Of a stretch of 64,000 nt of DNA, positions 55,562 to 64,000 are shown piece by piece. The stretch lies in contig CAWEJX010000021.1 in the NCBI GenBank assembly GCA_963809485.1, forward strand, positions 116,335 to 180,334, read 5' to 3'. The notes below the pieces were generated by a model, which worked only from the letters and a program-made list of their open reading frames with translations, had not been told where the DNA came from and ran no database searches. The first letter of the stretch is position 1; each line of letters begins with the position of its first letter. A program made the translations under genes and the position numbers. Source of the stretch: an uncultured Acidobacteriota bacterium. Its GTDB lineage: Bacteria; Acidobacteriota; UBA6911.

Positions 55562-57009
55562 TCATTGTCGAAGCGGGGCATAGACGTAATAGGGATGCGC
55601 AATTTCATGTACCTGGTAATTTTGACGCAATGCCTGCAGCATCTCCGGCGTAAACCGTTCCCGTGCATTTTCAGACAAGGCCTGCTGCTCGATTGGAAAT
55701 TCAGTGATGACAAAGGAAAAAGTATGGTTTTGGATTTCCTTCAACAGGAGGTTCTGGTCCCAAAGTCCCGCACGCGAAAGAGCCGTAAAGTGAAACAGCT
55801 GGATATAGATTTCTCCACAGCTGAACAGGGCGAAGCTTCCCTGCTGAGAAAGAATGGGCCCGGGTTTTGCGCTCAACAATCGGATATATTTTTTTTGCCG
55901 CCCGGTTGGCGGGGATATCCCACATTCCTTCCTCAAGGAAAATAAAAAGGGGGGCGTAGCATAGGAGCAGAAGGATTTGAATTGTGACCAGCGCCTCCCG
56001 GCCCTTTATCGCTGGCAGGCCGTAGGTTCGTAACAAATAAAGCAGCGTTACTACAAGCAATTCCAAGGACATACTGCCCGTGCGCGCCGGTCCTTCCAAG
56101 CGAGGCCAGCGTCGTCGTCAGCACGCAGCCCAGATAGCAATCCAGAGCTTCCCAGGAACCGTTTCTGAAGCGCTTCCACAGCGACGCCAACGCCAGGCCG
56201 ATGAAAATGAGTGCCGGGCCGGCGTGATGAATAAAGATGGGCAGTATCTGAAGTGGGTCGTAGGCCAGATTGGCCAGCCGGACCGTATCCAGGAAGAAAT
56301 GACCGCCGGTTATCCGCTGCAGCCAAAGAAAGGGGATCAGCCCTCCCAGGCACAGCACTGAGACGTAGGGAAGCAGCCAACGCCGGTTCCGGAATACCAG
56401 ATAGACGGCCATTGCCAGCGGCAGGGCTATCTGCGTCTGTTTGGTGTAGAAAGCCAGCACCGCAAACAGGGGGCTCAGAATGACCGTTTCCATCCAGCGG
56501 TTGCGCAGGAATAAAACCAGCGACCACACGGAAAGGGCTACCGCCGTCATCTGAACATTGCTTCGGGTTGAGTTGTACAGGAATGCGGGAATGAGAAACA
56601 GGAAAAAGGCCGCCCAGATTCCACCCGCCCCGCTTTTGTTCCACTCCCGATTCAGGCGCACCAGCGCCCAACCAATGGACAATGCTGCCAGGAAAGACAG
56701 GAATCTGGCCGGAAGGAAACTCAGCCCGGTGAATTTCAGGAGAAGCGCCGTCAGGGCAAAATAGAAGGGAGGGTAGGCCGCAAATGTGAACGGCGGGGTA
56801 TCGATGCCGCGATAGATGCTCTCGCCCCGGGCCAGGCGCCAGGCCTGGTTCAGGACCTCAGGGTCCGCATCGTCCCAGGAGAAATCGGATCGGACGGAAA
56901 CAAAGCACCAGGCCAAAAAGCAGAGCGTCGCCGCAATCGGGACCCATCGGCACAACAGCGGATGGGCGCGGGCAAGCCAAGAGGGCGGCCTGACTTTGGG
57001 CATATCCAT
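55562..57009 (-). CDS. GT-C/ArnT-like membrane glycosyltransferase (frameshifted)
   Basis: DPEVLNQAWRLARGESIY, YPPFYF, RFLSFLA, FYTKQT; multi-TM, split into three ORFs. Confidence 0.65.
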
Positions 57010-57016
57010 TGCCCTT

Positions 57017-57775
57017 TCATTCTGTATGGTTACCCGATTGGGGCCCCGGCGCCGGCCGTTGGGCCGATTTTCGCCAGTCGGATCTGAACTTCCAAACGCG
57101 CCAGCAGGCTTCCAGCGCAATGGCCGCGGACATTTTGCTTTTTCCGGCCCGGCGCTCCGTGAAAAGGATTGGAAATTCGATGTGCGCATAACCCAGCCTG
57201 TCGGCCCGGTACTTCAATTCAAGCTGAAAACTGTATCCATCACTCCGGATTGTGTCCAGGCGGATGCCCCGAAGCACATCGCCGTGCCAGCCGTTGAATC
57301 CGCCGGTAAAATCCGAGAAATTCGACCCGAGGATCCACCGGGAGTATGCGCCGCCGAATTTCGAGAGCAGCTTTCTGCCCGCACCCCAGTTCAGGGTGCC
57401 TCCCCCGTGCACATAGCGCGAGCCGACAACAAAGTCGGCCTTGCGGGCCAGCTCGAGCATCGTCCGCAAATCCTCAGGGTCGTGGCTCCAGTCCGCATCC
57501 ATCTCGATCAAAAAGTCGTATCCCCTTGCCAATCCCCACGTGAATCCATGGACATAGGCGCTTCCGAGGCCCGACTTCCCCGGCCGTGACTCGAGGAACA
57601 GCCTCGATGCGCCGCCGGCGCCGATCAATTCCCGGACTTTTTCCGCCGTATGATCAGGGCTTGCGTCGTCAACGATCAAAATGTGAATACGGCTGTCTAT
57701 ATTCAAAGCTGCAGGTATCAGACCGGAAACGTTATCCCGCTCGTTATAAGTCGGGATGATCACCAGCGGTTTCAT
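57017..57775 (-). CDS. Polyprenol-monophosphate sugar (mannose) synthase, Ppm1/Dpm1-like GT2
   Basis: VIIPTYNERDN, VDDASPD, GLGSAY, EMDADWSHDP, GSRYV.GG, DFTGGF, GYSFQLE, FTERRAGKSKMS. Confidence 0.9.
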   Translation of the reverse strand: MKPLVIIPTYNERDNVSGLIPAALNIDSRIHILIVDDASPDHTAEKVRELIGAGGASRLFLESRPGKSGLGSAYVHGFTWGLARGYDFLIEMDADWSHDPEDLRTMLELARKADFVVGSRYVHGGGTLNWGAGRKLLSKFGGAYSRWILGSNFSDFTGGFNGWHGDVLRGIRLDTIRSDGYSFQLELKYRADRLGYAHIEFPILFTERRAGKSKMSAAIALEACWRVWKFRSDWRKSAQRPAPGPQSGNHTE

Positions 57776-57830
57776 GATAGATCGCATCAATTGAACCTTG
57801 CTTCTGACTTCCGCGTAATAGCGGAATCCA

Positions 57831-59039
57831 TTATTCATACCTCAGCGCTTCGACGGGATTCATGCGCGAGGCCCTTACAGCCGGGATCATCCCGAAGGTC
57901 AAGCCCACCAGCAGCGTCACGCCGAAACCCGCAAGAATGGCCACCGCCGGAATCTGGATTTCTATCGCCGGCGCGAAAAAGTGGACGGAATAGGGCACGG
58001 CGATCCCCAGCAGAATTCCTACCAACCCTCCTCCGCAGCTCAGAATGAGCGCTTCCGCGAGGAATTCGATTAACAAGACCCGGCGGAGGGCGCCCATGGC
58101 CTTTTTGACGCCAATCTCCCGCGTTCGTTCGGTGACGGTGATCAGCATTACATTCATGATACCGATCCCGCTGGCCAGCAGGGATATGGCGGCGATCACC
58201 AGGAGGACCACCGTCAATCCAAGACTGATCTTGCCCGCCGCTTTCAGGATGTCGCTGAGATTAAACACCTTGTAAAGCGACTGCCCGCGATGATGGCTGA
58301 TCAAAAGCTTCCGGATATCCTCGGTGACCCGGGGCACCTGTTCCATGCTTTCCGCGGAAACACACATCTGATCGATCGTATCGGCCTGTTTGAAATAGCG
58401 TAGTACCGATATTGGGACTATGGCGCTGTAGTCGGCTATTTCCGTCTGACCGAAGGTGTTGCCGCGCTCCCGGAAAACCCCGATCACCGTGAAGCGAAGC
58501 CCATAAAAACTGACATAGCCTTTATAAAAGGGATCGCTCTCCAGGCTTTTGGCCAGAAGCTCTGTCACCAGGCAAACCTTGCTGCGAAAACGCTGGTCGT
58601 TTTCATCGATAAATCTACCCCGCAACACCTTTAAACTGCGCACCTGCTGGTATTCCGGGGTCGTGCCTATCAGGTTGACAACCCGTGCGACTCCGTCCAG
58701 GGATACCGTGGGGTAACTTAAAATCTGGGGAGAGGCGTAAAGGACCCCGGGAACCTTTGTCCGGACCGCTTGAACGTCGCTATCGTTCAACCGGTCGGCA
58801 AGGGCTTTTGCACCCACAGACGAATCCGCGTCCTCGTGGTACACAAATATAATGTTGGATCCAACTCCGCGGATTTGCTCCAGCGTATAGTCCCGACCGC
58901 TAATGCCCGCTACCACGACCAGAACCAGCGAGGCCGTTCCCACCACCATGCTCAGGGATGTCAGTACGGCGCGCCCCCAGTTGCGCAACAGGGCCTGATG
59001 GGCGGACCGCAATACTTCCAAAACGGGCATCATGTTCAT
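57831..59039 (-). CDS. MacB-like ABC transporter permease
   Basis: RAVLTSLSMVVG, GIGIMNVMLITVTERTREIGVKKAMGA, PAVRASRMNPVEALRYE. Confidence 0.92.
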   Translation of the reverse strand: MNMMPVLEVLRSAHQALLRNWGRAVLTSLSMVVGTASLVLVVVAGISGRDYTLEQIRGVGSNIIFVYHEDADSSVGAKALADRLNDSDVQAVRTKVPGVLYASPQILSYPTVSLDGVARVVNLIGTTPEYQQVRSLKVLRGRFIDENDQRFRSKVCLVTELLAKSLESDPFYKGYVSFYGLRFTVIGVFRERGNTFGQTEIADYSAIVPISVLRYFKQADTIDQMCVSAESMEQVPRVTEDIRKLLISHHRGQSLYKVFNLSDILKAAGKISLGLTVVLLVIAAISLLASGIGIMNVMLITVTERTREIGVKKAMGALRRVLLIEFLAEALILSCGGGLVGILLGIAVPYSVHFFAPAIEIQIPAVAILAGFGVTLLVGLTFGMIPAVRASRMNPVEALRYE

Positions 59040-59108
59040 TGGGTTCGGATCTTGTACGGATATCTTTGAGCTCAAACGGCAAACCTCAAAGACTCCAAGG
59101 CTCAAGGG

Positions 59109-60317
59109 CTAAAACCTGCTAGCTTCGCCGTGGTTCAAAACGACAGAACTTCCCTCTGGGATTCCCTGCAATATTTCAATTTCCTCCGGGGCTGCGAGGC
59201 CTAATTCCACAGGTTTCAGGCCCGTGCCCTTCGCTTCCGACACCATGACCGTAGGCTGTCCATTGCGGTTAAAAACGGCGGCTCTGGGGATCAGGAGCGC
59301 ATCTTTCTTTTGCGCTGTGACAATCTCAACTTTTACATTGAGGTTTGGGATCAGCTCCGCCGGATCGCCGTCAAGCGCGCAGAGGACATGACCGACGGAG
59401 CGGTTGTTTAACGGCACAACCTGTTTTGCGGGTTTCTCCACGATTCCGGTCCATTTGCGATCAGGCAAACCGTCCCACTCGACAAGCACGTGCTGCCCCT
59501 TTTGTATTCTCCCCAGGTCCGGCTCGTCCACGTATGCCCGGAGCTGTACCTTGCCGGGCTGATAAATTTGCGCGAGCAGCTGACCTTTGGTTACAAAAGC
59601 TCCCGGTTTGACCGGAATCGAAAAGATCAGGCCGCTTCGGGGCGCCAGGACGGATTCCATCCGGAGCTGCTGCTCCAGCAATTCCACCTGTCGGCTTAAC
59701 TCGACGATTTTGTCCCGTTCCCATTCCTTCTCTTCCGTCGAATACCGCTCGTGCAAATCCAGCTTCTTCTGCTTGAGAGCCTCCAGACGAAGCTGAAGCA
59801 GATCGCGCTGCTTCCGCAAATTCTCGACCGCCACCCGCGGAGTGGCTCCCCTGGAAAAGAGAGCTTCTTCCTCCCGCAGATCTTTATCCTGCTGCTTCAA
59901 TTGCATCTCGCTTTCGGCAATGGATGCATCCAGGGCGGCCATCTCCTCCTTCGAGGGTCCGGCCGTGACCGCGCGTGCCTGCCGCCTTTCCTGAAGCAGA
60001 GCAGTGCGGGCTTCAGTAAGCGCCGTCCGCACCTGTTCGGATTCCAGTTTCACAAGAAGCCGGCCTCCCTCAATCTCCGATCCTTCCTGTTGCGGGATCA
60101 GAGCAACGGTCCCATCGACTGGAGCATAGACTTCGCTGCGGCCGGCAGGCTCGATGATTCCGTTCGTGCTTACCACGACTTTAATCTCGCGGCGGGCTGC
60201 CGTCGCCAGGAGCAGTTGAGGAGGCTCCGGCTCATGGTTCAGGAGATATATAAGATAGAAAGCGCCCAGCAGGACCAGGATCAGAAGCGGGAACAAGATG
60301 TTTTTTTTTCGCGCCAT
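59109..60317 (-). CDS. MacA/HlyD-like membrane fusion protein
   Basis: TM anchor, GIIEP...VYAPVDG, APRSG, VDEPDLGRIQKGQ, ALLIPRAAV. Confidence 0.88.
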   Translation of the reverse strand: MARKKNILFPLLILVLLGAFYLIYLLNHEPEPPQLLLATAARREIKVVVSTNGIIEPAGRSEVYAPVDGTVALIPQQEGSEIEGGRLLVKLESEQVRTALTEARTALLQERRQARAVTAGPSKEEMAALDASIAESEMQLKQQDKDLREEEALFSRGATPRVAVENLRKQRDLLQLRLEALKQKKLDLHERYSTEEKEWERDKIVELSRQVELLEQQLRMESVLAPRSGLIFSIPVKPGAFVTKGQLLAQIYQPGKVQLRAYVDEPDLGRIQKGQHVLVEWDGLPDRKWTGIVEKPAKQVVPLNNRSVGHVLCALDGDPAELIPNLNVKVEIVTAQKKDALLIPRAAVFNRNGQPTVMVSEAKGTGLKPVELGLAAPEEIEILQGIPEGSSVVLNHGEASRF

Positions 60318-60392
60318 AGAAGCCTCGAAATCCCGAGTGTCAGCTTATAGATATATCCCAAACATTTGGCGACAGCCATAACGAACTGCGGT

Positions 60393-62129
60393 TCAGTGGT
60401 TTCGAACCAGCACACGGTGCAGTATCCGCAGGACCTCGGCCCCCCCCGGGACGCATTCACCCGACCGGGCTTCAGGCACCAGGGCGAATACGCGGCCGGC
60501 GGAATGCCAGGCTGCCCGGAACTCCTCCTGGGACAGGACGACCTTCGGCGCGTCGGGGTACCTCAAGCCGGGAACCAAGGCATAAGCCACACCCCCGGTA
60601 ACCTCCACCCGCAACGGTTGATAGAAATTCAGAGAATTGGCGGATTCATAATCTCCCACAACCACAAGGCGGTCGCCCGGGCGCGCCTCCTGCGCTATCG
60701 CCAGGCCAAACTTCCTGGAGGAAATCAAATCCTCGCAGATATGGAGGCTCCATTGGACCATGCCGCAGACAATAACCATGACAGCCGAAAGGCATATCAC
60801 CGCCGGCATTCGCCGGTGATGCGTCTCGAACCGGAGAGCGGCTGCAAAGCCTAGTGCCAGGGCAAGAACCGTTACAGCGGCGGGTTTGAGCAACTCAGAC
60901 AGGATGGCAGAAGGGATCTCCGCCATGATGCTGAAATCGGTTTCGTCCAGGCGATTGGCGGGACCGGTTGCATGGGATTGGAATCCTTGATCCGAGACAA
61001 GCCAGATACCCGCAACGGCTCCCGAGACCAGGGCCAGAATCCCAAGAACGGCCAGTCCGCGGAATGCCCAAAGCAGGGATTTGCCTTCGCCTGCGTTGCC
61101 CAGCGTTCCGGCAACCAGCAGAGAAAAGGCTGGCAGCGCAGGGAACGCATAATGCTCCAGCCTGCCCGAAATCGAAAAAAAACCGAGAATAACCGCAGCC
61201 CAGGTAACAGCCAGCTTTGCAAGGACAATCCGGTTCCTATCCCCATATTTTCGCATCTCTGCGAAAGCAGCCGGAAGGAATGCCGTCCATGGAAAAAGCC
61301 AAACCAGGAGGAGTGACCAGAATGTCAGAAGCGGGAGCGACCAGACCACAGGAGGTTCGCGCTTGCCGAAAAAGCGCAGGAATTGCTCCCCGACAAAGTA
61401 AAAGCTGAGGAATCCGGGATTTCGTTCAGCCGCCAGCCAGTGCCAGGGCACTGTTATCAGAAGAAACAGGAGCATTCCCGGCCAGAGATGGAGCGTTCTC
61501 AAGCGGGGAGGTTCGCGCGAGATCAGGAAAAACACAACGACAATACCCACGGGAAAAGCGATTCCTATCAGGCTTTTGCACATAAAAGCCCCGGCTGCCG
61601 ATGCGTAGAAAAGAAGGGCGTGGCGCATGGGATGAAGCGGATCCAGATACCATTCCAGAAATGCATACATGGCAAGGGCCAGGAACAGGACCAGCCAGAC
61701 ATCATGCAGGGTTTCCCGGGTAAAAAGGCAGGTCCCCACGCAAAACGCCGTACACAACCCGGCTATCAATGCCGCTCTTTCTCCGGCCGTCCGCCGCCCG
61801 ATAAGGATCACGGTCCAGACGAGGGCAATCACAGCAATAGCCGTCGGCAGGCGCAGGGCAAACTCGTTGACGCCGAACAACCTGAAGCTGGCAGCCGTCA
61901 CCCAGTAAAGAAGCGGCGGTTTCTCGAGAAACCTGACCCCGTTTGCATACGGCGTCACCCAGTCGCCGTGCACGGCCATGTTCAGCGCCGCCTGCGCGTA
62001 ATACCCTTCGTCGTAATCGATGACGCCGCGGCCCGCTGACGAAAAGACATAGACCATGGCCGTCAGAAGAATCACGGCCCAAAGCGAATGCTTTTCCCAA
62101 GCCCTGCCAGAATGCACGACTTTTGGCAT
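60393..62129 (-). CDS. ArnT/GT39-family glycosyltransferase
   Basis: DYDEGYYAQAALNM...GDWVTP..NG..FLEKPPLLYW...GVNEFALRLP, KSLIG, PWH, FPWT. Confidence 0.9.
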   Translation of the reverse strand: MPKVVHSGRAWEKHSLWAVILLTAMVYVFSSAGRGVIDYDEGYYAQAALNMAVHGDWVTPYANGVRFLEKPPLLYWVTAASFRLFGVNEFALRLPTAIAVIALVWTVILIGRRTAGERAALIAGLCTAFCVGTCLFTRETLHDVWLVLFLALAMYAFLEWYLDPLHPMRHALLFYASAAGAFMCKSLIGIAFPVGIVVVFFLISREPPRLRTLHLWPGMLLFLLITVPWHWLAAERNPGFLSFYFVGEQFLRFFGKREPPVVWSLPLLTFWSLLLVWLFPWTAFLPAAFAEMRKYGDRNRIVLAKLAVTWAAVILGFFSISGRLEHYAFPALPAFSLLVAGTLGNAGEGKSLLWAFRGLAVLGILALVSGAVAGIWLVSDQGFQSHATGPANRLDETDFSIMAEIPSAILSELLKPAAVTVLALALGFAAALRFETHHRRMPAVICLSAVMVIVCGMVQWSLHICEDLISSRKFGLAIAQEARPGDRLVVVGDYESANSLNFYQPLRVEVTGGVAYALVPGLRYPDAPKVVLSQEEFRAAWHSAGRVFALVPEARSGECVPGGAEVLRILHRVLVRNH

Positions 62130-62258
62130 AAATGAACGGCCTCCCAGGCTATTCCCAGGATCAGGTAACGCTGACATACGCTGACAGAAACGCTGATGGA
62201 CGCTGACCAATGATGCCAAAGTCGGCCCGTGTCAGCGTTAATACCAGAAATTAATTAC

Positions 62259-62631
62259 ATTGGTAAACCCCCGGCTCTGGCGGGGGACTCAAAGAGTTTG
62301 ACAGCTCCGTATTTTGAAACGCTGACAAACGCCGATTTGTTCGGCGAGGGTCGGCGAGCAAAAGCCGATGAGGCGCTTCCGATGGAGTTTTCTGCGGCGG
62401 CACTGTGGCAAGCGCCGTGCGGCAAGGAGATGAAGGGTATGAGAAACCGGGCATTTGCCACAGTGCCGCCGCAGAAAACTGTCCAGCGCGGAGCGCTGGC
62501 CCCTGCGGGGATCGGAAGCGCCTCATCGGCTTTTGCCCGCGTAAGTCAGCGTTCAAGACCGGCGTAACTCCTCCAACCGCTTTGAGTGGTTCAAATCTTT
62601 CAAGCCTCCGGTTTTGCCGGAGGCACCTGAC
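62259..62631 (+). mobile_element. IS200-family-derived MITE, copy 3 (longest, with nested inverted repeats)
   Basis: Left end gtaaacccccggctctggcgggggactc...gagtttgacag; right end ccgctttgagtggttc...caagcctccggttttgccggagg; no transposase. Confidence 0.8.
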
Positions 62632-62644
62632 AGCCTGCCATCTT

Positions 62645-63935
62645 CTACTTTTCCTGTTCGCGGAATTCGCCGGCCAGCCGGGTGAATAGCGCCAGGATGG
62701 CGATGCCCACGATTGTGTGCAGCGCCAGCATATACCACAGGTACTCGGGATGCCCCTGGTCGGTGAAGCGGCCGTAGAGGGTCGTGTAGGTCACGCCGCT
62801 CAATGTGCCCCCGATCATGGTCGCAAGGAAGTTCATTCCCATGTAAAGCCCCGCCTTTTCCCGCGGAGCTATCCACGTGATGTATTCCTGGATACGGGGA
62901 GAGGAAATCATCTCACCGACTGCAAAAAGAAATATTCCCAGGAATATCAGAGCCGGGACCGAAATCCGGGAATAGCCTATGACACAGAATCCGGCGGTCG
63001 CCAGCAGAAGGCCGAAAAGGAAAGTCGGCATGGGCTTGCGTTTTTCGAAGATCCGGGACACCAGGAACTGGAAGATCATGATGATGTATCCGGTGTGCGA
63101 AATTGTCTCGCCCAGGACCCTGCGCGTGCCGTCCTCGCCCGTGGCTGGAGAAAAGCCCTGCCAGTGGGGCGCCGAGAACGGATTCCATGCTGCGGTAAAG
63201 CCGGACAGTGTCCAGGCCGGCATCGACGTAGAGGGCGCAGAGGTTGAAGAAACTCCAGAATGGAAGCCAGAAGAAAAGGCCGAGCAGGATCAAAAATGCG
63301 GTCAATTTGAAATCGCAAAGAGCGGTGCCGATGTCCCGGAATTTCTGTTTTAGCGTCGTTCCCTCGATCTCCCTTTGCGGTTCCTTGTAAAAGAAGATCG
63401 TGATCAGCAGCATCAGAGTGACACATACAGCGCCCGCGAAAAACGCATAGTTCCAGGAGATCGCCCTGAGGTTGCCCATGACCATTGGCCCGAAAGAGCC
63501 GCCGACATTCACCATCTGGTAAAAAATGCCGAACCCGAGGGACTTGTTGGTGCCGTCGGTGACGGCGCGCACCGTCCCGGCCACCAGCGGCTTGAAAATA
63601 CCTGCTGCAAGGCCTATGGAGAGCATCGTCAGAGCAATGCCCGAGAACGACCGGGTCACGATGAGCAGGAGAATCGAGGGCAGATAGGCAAGATAGGATA
63701 TGATCAGGACCTTTTTAAAACCGAAGCGGTCGGCGAAGCTTCCGGAGATTACGGGGATGCCGTACGACAGCAAGAGAAAGATGCTTTGCACGATACCGAG
63801 TTGGGCCCGCGTGAAGCCCAGGGAAGCCATATAGATCCCGAAACCGAAATACACGCCGTAGTAGGCGAATCGCTCCAGGACCTCGATGAAGTTGGCAATC
63901 CAGAAGACCCGGGGGAAAGGGGTGCGTTTGCTCAT
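62645..63935 (-). CDS. MFS/POT-type peptide transporter (frameshift near 63140)
   Basis: FWIANFIEVLERFAYYG, ADRFGFKK, GIFKP, FYQMVNVG, GEMISSPRIQEY...AP..KAGLYMG. Confidence 0.88.
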
Positions 63936-64000
63936 GCGTGCCTCCGTTGGAACGTCGCCATGATAAATCAAATCTGTCCCGGTCTGTTATTATTTGTGCG

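Overview
64 kb of a GC-rich bacterial genome. The gene content (PEP-CTERM protein, DUF5916 and DUF481 barrels, integrase and REP types) suggests an Acidobacteriota-like organism, which is an inference. From left to right: a TetR-TolC-HlyD efflux operon and an OsmC-like gene; an unusual anaerobic operon of FAD-dependent 2-hydroxyacid (lactate/glycolate-type) dehydrogenase, a 4x[4Fe-4S]-MvhD fusion, LarA racemase, MetV and MetF; an intact ~14 kb alternative complex III plus type A2 cytochrome c oxidase supercluster; a GH2 beta-galactosidase; a decayed mobile region (AAA-ATPase/methyltransferase chimera, XerD-like integrase with an IS91 transposase stub between 72-bp inverted repeats, higBA, an attP-like tRNA-Gly fragment with an unannotated integrase tail); a sigma54-driven PEP-CTERM gene; a methyltransferase / ATP-grasp / glycosyltransferase cluster; a hidden UGA-readthrough selenoprotein (UGSC family, U-P-G-C) that the ORF track splits in two; a peroxiredoxin; a radical SAM protein; a group 4 [NiFe]-hydrogenase operon whose membrane antiporter genes appear deleted, leaving a NuoJ-like/small-subunit fusion; and a lipid-linked glycosylation/export operon. 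IS200-derived MITEs and REP-like palindromes are scattered throughout. Many genes carry single-base frameshifts that are most likely long-read consensus errors. The top candidates for novelty are the LDH-MvhD-LarA-MetVF operon, the selenoprotein and the truncated hydrogenase.
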